Of a DNA stretch of 36,061 bases, positions 26,908 to 35,737 are shown piece after piece. How positions within the stretch are numbered: position 1 is the first letter of the stretch; every line of letters begins with the position of its first letter. Below the pieces are notes generated by a model that had not been told where the DNA came from, did no database searches, and worked only from the letters and a program-made list of their open reading frames with translations. The stretch comes from a virus (lineage: Duplodnaviria; Caudoviricetes). The position numbers and the translations under genes are program-made. The stretch spans positions 1 through 36,061 of the IMG/VR virus record IMGVR_UViG_3300025293_000017. One strand, 5' to 3'.

Positions 26908-28140
26908 CTATCCCCTTTTCATATTCATTTCATAGACCTTCTGAACAGCTTGCCCCAGTACGGCTCCCACCCGCACAGCATCCGTGTCGCTCATGGATGC
27001 AATGATATTGCCACATGACCGATGTAACAAGATTCCCGCACGAAATGACAGGGCTAACACCTGGTTAAGCTCGGCGTCTGTAAGTCCAGTAAGACGAAAG
27101 TGAACTGGATACCCTTCCATTAAGCCAGGCGTTCCATTCGCCTCAGCATTGAAGGCTTCGCGTAGAACATGACCTCGTTCCCACATTCGTTCACTAATCG
27201 ACTCCGTGCGATATCGTGTGATGACTTCCTTGGCGGCTGATAGTCCAAGCAACGACCCGCCAAACGTGCTACTGATCAGTTGAGCTTCTTCCATGACATC
27301 TCGCGTCCCACAGATAGCGGCAATCGGGACACCGTTGCCAAGAGCTTTCCCAAAGCACGCAATGTCAGGAATCGTGTCGCTCTTGCACCAGAGTTGTTGA
27401 CTGCCACCGAGCGCATGACGGAAACCGAAAATCATTTCGTCGAAGATTAACAGTGCCCCATGCTTGTCAGCGAGTCGTCGAGCTTCGGTGTAGAACCGTC
27501 GTTGTGAATGCTGCGTGATATCCAGTGAGTCGGCAACAGGAAAACGATACGGCTCGATCACAATCGCTGCCACCGCATTAGGTAAGGGGTCATCGAGTGA
27601 GTCCAATACTCTTGCAAGGTCGGCGTGGTCGTTATCACGGAACGTCGTGATGTGATCGTTGACCTTGCTGTAGTATTCTGTCGCGTTCTTGGGATCGGCA
27701 TAGCGATGTGGAGCTTGACACCATTCATGCCAGCCATGATACGAATGTTGAGCCACTACCACTGTGCTTTGACCTGTAACGGCACGCGCAATCTGCACGG
27801 CTCCCTGCATGGCTTCGCTGCCAGTCATGACGAACCGCGTCATCTCTGCACACGGAATAACTTCTGACAACCTGGTGGCGACTTCATTCTCAAGGCGATG
27901 GGGCAATGACAGAATTGACCCCATCGTCAGGGCATCACTCACGGCCTTCGTGACTCCCACATCCCCATAGCCCAGTGAAATCGCGCCAAGTCCTGCGACT
28001 AAATCAATCACCTTGGACTCGTCAGAACACACGACACGACACCCTGACCCCGACTCGGCATAGCAAGGATAGACGTCGGTTGGCCCAACGGCACCAAAGG
28101 CTTTCGACCGTGTTTGCGAATCGCCTGGTGTGTGCAACAT
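26908..28140 (-). CDS. Class III PLP aminotransferase (GSA-aminomutase-like)
   Basis: TGSEA, SYHGW, FDEMIFGFR, PDIACFGKALGNG. Confidence 0.9.
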   Translation of the reverse strand: MLHTPGDSQTRSKAFGAVGPTDVYPCYAESGSGCRVVCSDESKVIDLVAGLGAISLGYGDVGVTKAVSDALTMGSILSLPHRLENEVATRLSEVIPCAEMTRFVMTGSEAMQGAVQIARAVTGQSTVVVAQHSYHGWHEWCQAPHRYADPKNATEYYSKVNDHITTFRDNDHADLARVLDSLDDPLPNAVAAIVIEPYRFPVADSLDITQHSQRRFYTEARRLADKHGALLIFDEMIFGFRHALGGSQQLWCKSDTIPDIACFGKALGNGVPIAAICGTRDVMEEAQLISSTFGGSLLGLSAAKEVITRYRTESISERMWERGHVLREAFNAEANGTPGLMEGYPVHFRLTGLTDAELNQVLALSFRAGILLHRSCGNIIASMSDTDAVRVGAVLGQAVQKVYEMNMKRG

Positions 28141-28836
28141 CTACGACGCCCCTTTCAACATCCCGCAGAGGCGTGCCCCCTCAAGGACGTTCTGTGCCGA
28201 GTAGTCGTGAGGCACGAGATATCCACACACCTGTCGAACTCGGTCAAGGTCTTTTTGTCGATCCACGCTGAGCTTCAGATAGCCATAGTCGTGTTCGGAT
28301 AATACGTCATGAGTTTTATAGTTCGAGCGAATCCACGGCGTAACGTGTTCACGGTCATGGCGAGCATTCGCACGTTGAGCCGCCTCATGTAAGACTTTGG
28401 CTGACATGACTTCCGTATCAAACCCATCCGGCCATCGCGCTTGACGGCCGACATTAGACACATAGTCATAGGTCGATTTCAGGTATTCGTCCAAAACGTA
28501 TGACGACACATCTGAGGCCAGCAACGGACAATCACCAGTGATACGCATCACCACATCGGCCTTCATAAATCGTGCAGCATGATCCATGCGTCCCAACACA
28601 TCCCACTCCGACCCACGATAGACACAGATACCACTCGATGGACGCTCAAATACTGCCGCCAACCGATCATCATGTCCGTTGACACTGGTAACAAGACAGA
28701 TTCCGGTGAGTCCTTCTATGCGAGAGACACGAGTTATGACGTGCTGAATCATGGACTGACCAGCAATTTGAGAGAGCGATTTTCCCGGCAATCGCTTCGA
28801 CCCCATACGAGCCTGAATCAGCGCGACAACTTTCAA
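28141..28836 (-). CDS. spsF: SpsF-type cytidylyltransferase (CMP-nonulosonate synthetase family)
   Basis: IQARMGSKRLPGK, RGSEWDVL, RITGDCPL, DREHVTPWI, LSVD. Confidence 0.88.
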   Translation of the reverse strand: MKVVALIQARMGSKRLPGKSLSQIAGQSMIQHVITRVSRIEGLTGICLVTSVNGHDDRLAAVFERPSSGICVYRGSEWDVLGRMDHAARFMKADVVMRITGDCPLLASDVSSYVLDEYLKSTYDYVSNVGRQARWPDGFDTEVMSAKVLHEAAQRANARHDREHVTPWIRSNYKTHDVLSEHDYGYLKLSVDRQKDLDRVRQVCGYLVPHDYSAQNVLEGARLCGMLKGAS

Positions 28837-29864
28837 TGGACCACTCTCTCGACAGCACGTGCCTGACAGGAGTGAATCGGTTGAAGAAAATCCTCACCCC
28901 CAAAGCCGCGACGGAAGAACTCGATATTGGATTCCTTTTCGGTGACGCTGCCTCCCTGATGACCCATCTCGTAATACTTCACACCGAGTTCCTTTAAGCG
29001 TTTGATGATGGCCCACTGAATTGGATGTGACACGTTCGGTGCAAGACTCGCAGCACTGGCATAGTAGGCATAGTCTTTCCATCGCAACACATACGCAAAT
29101 CCAAGAACGCTCTCGCCTTCTCTTGCCACAAACCACGACGCATGGTCAGCCAGCACGAAGCTATCCTGACAGACCCATGAATCGGACGGGCGCGTCACCC
29201 GACCGGAGGCGCGGTGGTGTAAGTCTTGGCACAGTTCCCTGGTGTGATCGTGCCGTTCCTCAGTGACCGTGATTGCCGAGTCTCGAATGATGTGCCTGTA
29301 GCTTTTTCTCACGTCAGCCCATAACCTAGTCAGGGGGATAGATAGATCGATAATACGTGTCCTGATGGAGTCTTCCTGCCAGCCGTTGTCTAATACCAAT
29401 GCTGAATACATCGGTGGATTGCACCACATTCCTTTAAGCATGTCATCAGGAACAAAGTGTGGATGAATCGGCATTATGCGAAAACCGACACGACTATCAG
29501 CGTGACTCACTACCGACTCCAACACTTCACACATGATCGGCAACACGACATCCATCGCAAACCGTTCGTCTGGATGATCCACCAACGCTTCATGCAACAG
29601 CAATGGGGCAGGGGCAGGAAGGTCGCCAAGCCCAAACAGGTTAAGCTCTGGATGATAGGTGAGAAGTTGTGCGGCCACGACTCTCCCGTCTACCGTCACG
29701 CCCCATGAATGATCGACGAGTGTCGGGTTCCGTGCTATCTCATAATCCCGCCAGAGCGGTCGATTCCAGAACCAGAGGGCGTCTTTTTTGATGACAAGCT
29801 CGTCAACTTGTTCTGTGATCTTTACACCTGACACCGGAACCACTTGGATTCGTGTGTCTTTCAT
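28833..29864 (-). CDS. GNAT/FemAB-like acyltransferase
   Basis: IIDLS...LWADVRKSYRHII, AYYASAAS, IQWAII..LKELG..YYEMG, FFRRGFGG; start at the ATGA overlap. Confidence 0.75.
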   Translation of the reverse strand: MKDTRIQVVPVSGVKITEQVDELVIKKDALWFWNRPLWRDYEIARNPTLVDHSWGVTVDGRVVAAQLLTYHPELNLFGLGDLPAPAPLLLHEALVDHPDERFAMDVVLPIMCEVLESVVSHADSRVGFRIMPIHPHFVPDDMLKGMWCNPPMYSALVLDNGWQEDSIRTRIIDLSIPLTRLWADVRKSYRHIIRDSAITVTEERHDHTRELCQDLHHRASGRVTRPSDSWVCQDSFVLADHASWFVAREGESVLGFAYVLRWKDYAYYASAASLAPNVSHPIQWAIIKRLKELGVKYYEMGHQGGSVTEKESNIEFFRRGFGGEDFLQPIHSCQARAVERVVH

Positions 29865-30388
29865 AACCGATAGTCCAGTGTCCAGATGTCTCCGCGTTGA
29901 CGACTCACCCAAAAGCCGCACGACCGAAACGCGCACAGCGATGGCTCGTTGTGTCGCTTGACGACTGCTTCAAGAGTTGGTACGCCGAGATCCTTGGCCT
30001 TGCGACAGACGGCACGAAGCATTGGTGTGGCATACCCACATCCTCGGTGAATCGGCGCGACAGTAATCGACACCCGACCATGACGCAGCAGATGGCGATT
30101 CGGTGAATGCGAGTCATCCTGCACAGAAGGTCGCAAGTCGAGGGCAACGGTTCCAAGATCATCCCACTGAGTATGAGCAATAAACGACGGCGTGAGCGGG
30201 TCTTCCATCATGCTGTGGAGCCACTCCAGATGGTCATCGAACTCAATCGGATCTGAGGAAAGCGAGTTTCGTCGTGTCTGTGGATCGTTGGCCCATCGAT
30301 ACAGCAGGGGTGCGTCATCTGCCGTGACCTTTCTCAGCCCAACCACGGGATCTGAACCCTGGTGATCCCTGGTATTACCTGGTCTCAT
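29861..30388 (-). CDS. PseH-like GNAT N-acetyltransferase
   Basis: LYRWANDPQTRRNS...HLEW, HRGCGYA, NEPSLCAFRSCGF. Confidence 0.8.
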   Translation of the reverse strand: MRPGNTRDHQGSDPVVGLRKVTADDAPLLYRWANDPQTRRNSLSSDPIEFDDHLEWLHSMMEDPLTPSFIAHTQWDDLGTVALDLRPSVQDDSHSPNRHLLRHGRVSITVAPIHRGCGYATPMLRAVCRKAKDLGVPTLEAVVKRHNEPSLCAFRSCGFWVSRQRGDIWTLDYRL

Positions 30389-31233
30389 ACTCCGACGCGA
30401 AACTGCGCCATCTCCGCTTCTTCGTCCACCTGTTGCTTGTCAGAAGTTCCCATCGCCAGTTCAGCGACCTCCACGTTCAGGACATAGCTCTGTAGCTGGT
30501 CAGGAGTCATGGCGTGTGCATAGTCTGGATTCTTCGGGTCGGTGTCAGGCACTCTGAAATGTGCCTCAAGAATCTCAGCACCCGCACAGACCGCAAGTGC
30601 GCCAGAGGTCACGTAGTTGGGAGCCGTATGATCTGAGAATCCACTAAACGCCAAGGCTTCACGCTTGTTGTCGCCCTTCGACGGAGCCAGGAACGAGCGA
30701 CGCAATACCTTCAAATTTAGCGACCCGTAAGAAGCCGGATACGCACTGACGCAATGCAACAGCTTGAGTTCGTCGGCGGTATAACTGAACGCGAAGTCCA
30801 GATCATTGATACTGGTCATGCCTGTGCTGACGATCATGGGCTTCATACATGCAGACATTGCGTCCCGCAACTCTGCATCCTGGCACTCAAATGACGAAAT
30901 CTTAAACATCGAGACATGCGGGGCGATGACCTCGACATCCTCTGGCAAATAGACGGTGCAAAGATAATCGACCCCTCGTTGCTTGGCGATAAGAGCAAGT
31001 TGTTCATGCCACTCGGCTGGCCATTGAAGGAGATTCTTATAGTGGGCCGCGAACGGAGTCTTCGTCGCGTGGCGGCGTTTCGCCATTTTCCTGGCTGAGC
31101 TTGTCCATTGAAACTTCACCGCACTTGCGCCAACAGAAGCCGCGACCGTGATGAGATGTTCCATCTTTGAAAGGGACGCATCCCCGCAGGATCCAGCTTC
31201 AGCGATGAGGGTCGTTTTGATATTGTTGGGCAT
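30385..31233 (-). CDS. neuB: NeuB/PseI/SpsE-family nonulosonic acid synthase, lacking the C-terminal SAF domain
   Basis: IAEAG, AVKFQ, FKISS, KPMIVSTGM, LLHCVSAYP, GFSDHT, ILEAHF. Confidence 0.9.
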   Translation of the reverse strand: MPNNIKTTLIAEAGSCGDASLSKMEHLITVAASVGASAVKFQWTSSARKMAKRRHATKTPFAAHYKNLLQWPAEWHEQLALIAKQRGVDYLCTVYLPEDVEVIAPHVSMFKISSFECQDAELRDAMSACMKPMIVSTGMTSINDLDFAFSYTADELKLLHCVSAYPASYGSLNLKVLRRSFLAPSKGDNKREALAFSGFSDHTAPNYVTSGALAVCAGAEILEAHFRVPDTDPKNPDYAHAMTPDQLQSYVLNVEVAELAMGTSDKQQVDEEAEMAQFRVGV

Positions 31234-32062
31234 CGTGAATCATCTCCACGACAAGCGCACCATCTGTGATAGTGGCTGCCGTTGTTGAAGGTTTCCGAAG
31301 TGTCAGAGCTTGCATGAAGTCCTTGAGTTCGTCTTTATACATCGGTGCAATCGCTGACGGTGGATGTCGCAAATTATAATTAGTCTTCGTCTGGTCGTCC
31401 CATGCGACAGTCAGGGTTCGACATTCCTCTCGTGGATGGCTGACATATTTCAACTCACAATCAATTTCCAAGTCTTCTTTCTTTTTGCGTGGCGCGGTAA
31501 GACCAATCCATGCCGAGGTCGGTTCCACCTGTGCGAAGTTGACGCGAGTCGCCCCAAAGAAGTGGCAAGCAAGATCAAGTTCATGACTGGCTTCATAAAT
31601 GACATCCCCATACGTCGAAGCGAATCCCGGCCAGAGACTTCGACACGAATAGCATGTCAGCTTGACATGGGTCGCTCTGGTTCCTTTTTTAAGCGTGGCA
31701 CACATCTCGCTCATGGCACGAATTATCGTGCGATTAAACCGCCAGCAGTAGCCGACCTGCGTGATACGTCCCACGCTCATCTCTACCAGGGAGGTCGCCT
31801 CGTCAAGCGATGAACATAACGGCTTCTCGATAAAGACTCCCGCCTCGGTCTGTTCAAGTGCATCTTTTGCGATGTCGTAGTGGGTTGAGAATGGTGTGCA
31901 GATCAGAATCCCATCAGGCTGACGAGACAATGCGTCCTCAAGTGGAGGCGAATCTGAGACTCGTGGGTCAACAATTTCGATGTCATCTTGGACACCGAGA
32001 GCGAGGGCGTTCCGATGATGACGCTTGCCAATGGAACCGAATCCAATAATGAGCAGTCGCAT
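31199..32062 (-). CDS. Gfo/Idh/MocA NAD(P)-dependent oxidoreductase
   Basis: IIGFGSIGKRH, ICTP...H, FIEKP, VGYCWRF, SHELD. Confidence 0.9.
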   Translation of the reverse strand: MRLLIIGFGSIGKRHHRNALALGVQDDIEIVDPRVSDSPPLEDALSRQPDGILICTPFSTHYDIAKDALEQTEAGVFIEKPLCSSLDEATSLVEMSVGRITQVGYCWRFNRTIIRAMSEMCATLKKGTRATHVKLTCYSCRSLWPGFASTYGDVIYEASHELDLACHFFGATRVNFAQVEPTSAWIGLTAPRKKKEDLEIDCELKYVSHPREECRTLTVAWDDQTKTNYNLRHPPSAIAPMYKDELKDFMQALTLRKPSTTAATITDGALVVEMIHDAQQYQNDPHR

Positions 32063-33061
32063 TCAATATCCCTGCTCGTCTGCTGATGCGATAAGTGACC
32101 GTAGCTGGGCGTCATTCATGAGCCTATCCGGTGCGTTGCTGGTGTATCGGTAGGTGGAAGGCACGGCTTTTCCTGCCCAGGCATCCTGCGTCCACGTTGG
32201 GCCAGATGGCGGGACAATGTAGAGGTCACACGACGAATCATAGAGTGTGCGGGTTACTTCCTCAGTCGAGAGCAAGACCTCATGCACCTTCTCGCCACCA
32301 GCCCGAATTCCAATAACAGACGCATTGAGTTCTCTGAAGTTCCCTGTCTGCCTAACGACTGTTCGCATCAAGTCATGCACGGATGCCGACTTGAGTGACG
32401 GCACGAAGATTTCGCCACCCACTTGACGATCTATCGCTTTCCAGACCAGTTCAACGGCCGCCGATAACGGCATCCAGAACCGTGTCATCTCGGTGTCGGT
32501 AATCTGTAGCCGCTCACCTCGCTGTTGCTGCTTGCGCCAGAGTTGCAAGACCGACCCGCGTGAGCCAAGCACGTTGCCGTAGCGCACGACAGACGCACGG
32601 AACGTCTCAGGGTGATAGGCATTGGAGCCAATCACGAAACCCTCAGCACTGGCCTTGGTTTTGCCATATTGGTTCATCGCCTCAACCGCTTTATCTGAAC
32701 TGATGAAGACCAACTGCTTGACCCCACAGGCAAGACAGGCATTGACGACGTTCATTGTGCCGATGACATTCGTCTTAATCAGTTCGCCGCCATCGGTGTG
32801 GGCGTTGACCCGTTTCAATGCCGCCGCATGAACCACCACGTCCGTGCCATAGAACGCCTGACACAGCCGATGATAGTCACGCACGTCCCCCAGGTAGGCG
32901 CGGAACTGGTGATAGGTTTTGAACTGGTCGCCAATCTGGTCAGCTTTCACCTCATCGCGTGACAAGGAAATCAGTCGCGTCACTTCTGGATGATGCTCTT
33001 GACAGTGCCCGATGAAGGCTCGACCAAAACTGCCCGTCCCGCCTGTGACCAGTATCTTCAT
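32063..33061 (-). CDS. pseB: UDP-GlcNAc 4,6-dehydratase (PseB/FlaA1 type)
   Basis: TGGTGSFG, SRDE, GDVRD, HAAALK, SDKAV..N.YGKTK, RYGNVLGSRGSV, MTRFW; start moved to ATG 33061 (GAGG RBS). Confidence 0.9.
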   Translation of the reverse strand: MKILVTGGTGSFGRAFIGHCQEHHPEVTRLISLSRDEVKADQIGDQFKTYHQFRAYLGDVRDYHRLCQAFYGTDVVVHAAALKRVNAHTDGGELIKTNVIGTMNVVNACLACGVKQLVFISSDKAVEAMNQYGKTKASAEGFVIGSNAYHPETFRASVVRYGNVLGSRGSVLQLWRKQQQRGERLQITDTEMTRFWMPLSAAVELVWKAIDRQVGGEIFVPSLKSASVHDLMRTVVRQTGNFRELNASVIGIRAGGEKVHEVLLSTEEVTRTLYDSSCDLYIVPPSGPTWTQDAWAGKAVPSTYRYTSNAPDRLMNDAQLRSLIASADEQGY

Positions 33062-33204
33062 GTGCCTCGGCTCATTCGGTTGATGTACCGATGATCGACA
33101 TTGATCCGACACTTCACTCGCATCCGTTCGTGGGCCGGAAGCGACCAGAACCACATCTTCTCCTCGATGACATATCGTAAACGAGGATAGATTCTGAGAG
33201 CCAT
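33058..33204 (-). CDS. Possible 48-aa hypothetical protein
   Basis: Fills the gap and ends in an ATGA overlap with pseB; weak RBS. Confidence 0.3.
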   Translation of the reverse strand: MALRIYPRLRYVIEEKMWFWSLPAHERMRVKCRINVDHRYINRMSRGT

Positions 33205-33241
33205 CCCACACACGCCAAGACCAGTCAACCAGATGAGATGG

Positions 33242-33796
33242 TTACACCACGAACGAGCGGTCGCAAAATGGGCAGGTGACATCAGAGGTTTTCCCTTCCG
33301 TGGTTGTTCCAGGAGTGAGTTCTTCTGGTTGGTTCTTTTTGTGCTGGTGTAGATGCTCTCGTAAGTCTTCTCGGCTTAATGCTTGATCGTCACAGTACGC
33401 CAGCAACTTGTTCCGGTCGTCCACGTCTTTCACCTTCATGGCTTCCTGGTGGTGTGACCATGACAGCTTCGTCGCAAACGGACGGTCATTCTGTGGGTAG
33501 GCTTTAGAGATACGCACCGCCTGAGAGAGCGTCCAGTACGACTTCTGTGTGAGTTCGACAGCCTGTGTGTAGGATTCACCGTAGTCGCCTCGACCTTCTC
33601 CGTATAACAGCAGGTCGCCAATGGCCCACATCGTGGCGTTCGCCATGAGGTAGCAGTTTTGTAGCCCGCTACAAAACTCCTCAATCGTGGGTTCACCTGT
33701 AATAACGGCTCCGGTAGCGGTCAGATTGATTCCACCTCCCAATTCAATCGACTGGTCTGGAGAGGCGATCAGAATAGTCTCGGCCTTTCTTGTCAT
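33242..33796 (-). CDS. LmbU-like DNA-binding protein with C-terminal CxxC
   Basis: WAIGDLLLYGE...YGESY.QA...LSWSHH pattern; CPFC. Confidence 0.55.
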   Translation of the reverse strand: MTRKAETILIASPDQSIELGGGINLTATGAVITGEPTIEEFCSGLQNCYLMANATMWAIGDLLLYGEGRGDYGESYTQAVELTQKSYWTLSQAVRISKAYPQNDRPFATKLSWSHHQEAMKVKDVDDRNKLLAYCDDQALSREDLREHLHQHKKNQPEELTPGTTTEGKTSDVTCPFCDRSFVV

Positions 33797-33813
33797 GTAG
33801 TCTGTTCCTCGGC

Positions 33814-34125
33814 TCAAAGAAGTGGATGGCTGAAGACCCGTCGAGCCATACGGATGTTCAGCACCAACGCATTCGCCTCGTCAACGGTTCGCACGATGAC
33901 CACGGGTGTGCCGCGCCATGACTGATGCCACGACCGTTGCAATTCATTCAGCTTGTTATTGCCGACCTTGACTTCGACCGGCACCGTCCACCCATCGACA
34001 CCAAGTATGAGGTCAGGCACCCCACCGCCAAGCGTGGCAGTACTGAAGACGCTCACACTAGGATGCCGACGAAACGCTTCCACGATGGCACCATGATTCC
34101 GGTCAACCTTGGCGAATCTCGTCAT
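33814..34125 (-). CDS. VRR-NUC-like PD-(D/E)xK nuclease
   Basis: GVPDLILG...VEVK...KLNELQRSW. Confidence 0.75.
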   Translation of the reverse strand: MTRFAKVDRNHGAIVEAFRRHPSVSVFSTATLGGGVPDLILGVDGWTVPVEVKVGNNKLNELQRSWHQSWRGTPVVIVRTVDEANALVLNIRMARRVFSHPLL

Positions 34126-34466
34126 ATAGGACGTGAGGATGTCACAGTTATCTCGCTATTGCACCCTAGCGACTCATCCTTAAACGAGAGCCAGATCTTA
34201 CGTGCATGCACTTTCTGATGACACTCCGCACATAACGCCAAACAATTTATCAGGCTAAATGTCTGTTCCAGTGGTAATCCTTTCGACCGGAAGACAACTT
34301 CGTGCATGTGGAGACTGCCACGTTCATGGCACACACGACAATGACGATCACGATTCATCACGGCGCTTCTGACTGAGGCGATTAAGTCGTTACGGACTTT
34401 TCGTTTGGCCCGACGACGGGACGATTGTTTCTGAGGCTTTGGAATGGCGATCATAGATATCTGCAT
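34122..34466 (-). CDS. HNH endonuclease
   Basis: RDRHCRVC...HMHE...NCLALCAECHQKVH. Confidence 0.8.
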   Translation of the reverse strand: MQISMIAIPKPQKQSSRRRAKRKVRNDLIASVRSAVMNRDRHCRVCHERGSLHMHEVVFRSKGLPLEQTFSLINCLALCAECHQKVHARKIWLSFKDESLGCNSEITVTSSRPI

Positions 34467-34475
34467 AATTCTTAT

Positions 34476-34551
34476 CGGTGGCGTGGAGGTGCGGAGACAG
34501 GATTATGAGCCTGGATAGCCTGGGAAGCCATCAAACACCTGCACACCACCG
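34476..34551 (-). other. Intergenic stem-loop
   Basis: 16-position stem 34551-34536/34491-34476 with one G-U and one mismatch; no U tract on the coding strand. Confidence 0.55.
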
Positions 34552-34567
34552 CCTTTCATTTTACCAT

Positions 34568-35194
34568 TTAGCCCCGCTTGTTGATCCGTCTTCGATGATG
34601 AAGTTGAGTTCTTGCTCGTTCGGCTTTGAGAACCGGACTGGCGTTCCAGCACAGACACCGTTCCACATAGTCATGGTCATAGAGATGGCGTTTACTAGTC
34701 TCGCATGAGCCACACAACTCCTTCTCTGTGCAGGAATACGACCGCCAGCCCGTATCACTACAGTGGTGGCAGTAGTAGGTCGCCACATGAATCGGTGCGG
34801 TTTTCCAGTTCTTGGCGTTTGGGAGTGAGTGGCCCGTGATGCGTTTATAGGTATCTAGGAACTCAGTACGCGCCTTCCTGAGCTTCTCTTCCTCATCACG
34901 TTCAATCTGCGCCGGTGGCAATTGTTTAGTGTTCTCCGTATCTCTCGCCACCCGTTGCATGGCGTCATTGTCAGCGACTTCGTACCAACTCCCATCATCT
35001 GGCATGAACGGATTCGCTTCTTTACACAACGTCTGTGCGGCCACCTCAACACTCTCAATCGGTAAGTCACCAAGCACTAGAAACGACGCTTCCAGTTTCA
35101 CTTCGTCCGTCTTGGTGTTCTTCGAGGCTGCGACAAAGTTAAACACGCGAGTGAATCGTTCTGGCGCATCACGAGTCAATAGGTAGGTTGTCAT
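34568..35194 (-). CDS. Hypothetical replication-region protein with Cys-rich C-terminus
   Basis: LGDLPIESVEVAA...PFMP N-terminal pattern; CHHCSDTGW...RCLC. Confidence 0.55.
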   Translation of the reverse strand: MTTYLLTRDAPERFTRVFNFVAASKNTKTDEVKLEASFLVLGDLPIESVEVAAQTLCKEANPFMPDDGSWYEVADNDAMQRVARDTENTKQLPPAQIERDEEEKLRKARTEFLDTYKRITGHSLPNAKNWKTAPIHVATYYCHHCSDTGWRSYSCTEKELCGSCETSKRHLYDHDYVERCLCWNASPVLKAERARTQLHHRRRINKRG

Positions 35195-35737
35195 CTATCC
35201 CTCCTTGGTGAGCGCATCAGAGATGGTGCGCCCAAATAATGTTCCCTGAATAACACCAACTTCAACGGGAAGATTCATTGGACAAACGCTTGACAGTCTC
35301 GTTATTTCCCATTTGCGCTTGTCGCACAAGGGATGATTGTCCTGTCGATTACGAGTGTTGTTATTCCATGGCTTGCCTTTGATCGTGCCGACCAGACACC
35401 AACCAGAGGCATTTAAGGTAATTCCAGGTTCACTGGCAAGTGTGTAAGTAATCAAACGGTGATAGCCCATAGACTTAGCGGCTTTCCATGCGGCTCCATA
35501 CAGTTTCGATGGCGCATTCTTAGTCCCATCGGTGCAGCATCTCGTAACCTCCAAGGTTAGTCCATCATCAGAGGCACGAGTCACGGGTCGTCCAACCATA
35601 ATCACGCCGACAACCTTAATGCCATCATTAACAGCGATGCCCCACTTCCACCCCTGTGGAGGCACATGGTGTCGATGATGGGTCTGAACAAACCGACAGG
35701 CATCCTTGTAGGTTAGAGGCTGGAGAAAGAGAGTCAC
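35195..35737 (-). CDS. XF1762-like protein (predicted GNAT/Mom-related fold)
   Basis: FVQTHHRHH, VGRPV...DDGLTLEVTR..TDGTKNA.S.LYGAAW.AAK.MGY, ITYTL.SE.G. Confidence 0.65.
   Translation of the reverse strand: MTLFLQPLTYKDACRFVQTHHRHHVPPQGWKWGIAVNDGIKVVGVIMVGRPVTRASDDGLTLEVTRCCTDGTKNAPSKLYGAAWKAAKSMGYHRLITYTLASEPGITLNASGWCLVGTIKGKPWNNNTRNRQDNHPLCDKRKWEITRLSSVCPMNLPVEVGVIQGTLFGRTISDALTKEG

Noticed and set aside
26908-28140. hemL as a tetrapyrrole auxiliary metabolic gene
   Set aside because: It abuts the SpsF-type gene inside a sugar cluster and no other hem genes are present; a sugar aminotransferase role fits better.
33062-33817. Direct repeat TGAGCCGAGG as an insertion or att site for the sugar cluster
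   Set aside because: Only 10 bp, both copies coincide with Shine-Dalgarno positions, and they do not flank the cluster.
1106-35197. Genome-wide TAG recoding, suggested by several TAG stops followed in frame by the next gene (1108, 2171, 6959, 11990, 12401, 28141, 35195)
   Set aside because: Long conserved genes are intact under the standard code, about as many TAG junctions are out of frame, TAA and TGA junctions also abut in frame, and no suppressor tRNA was seen.
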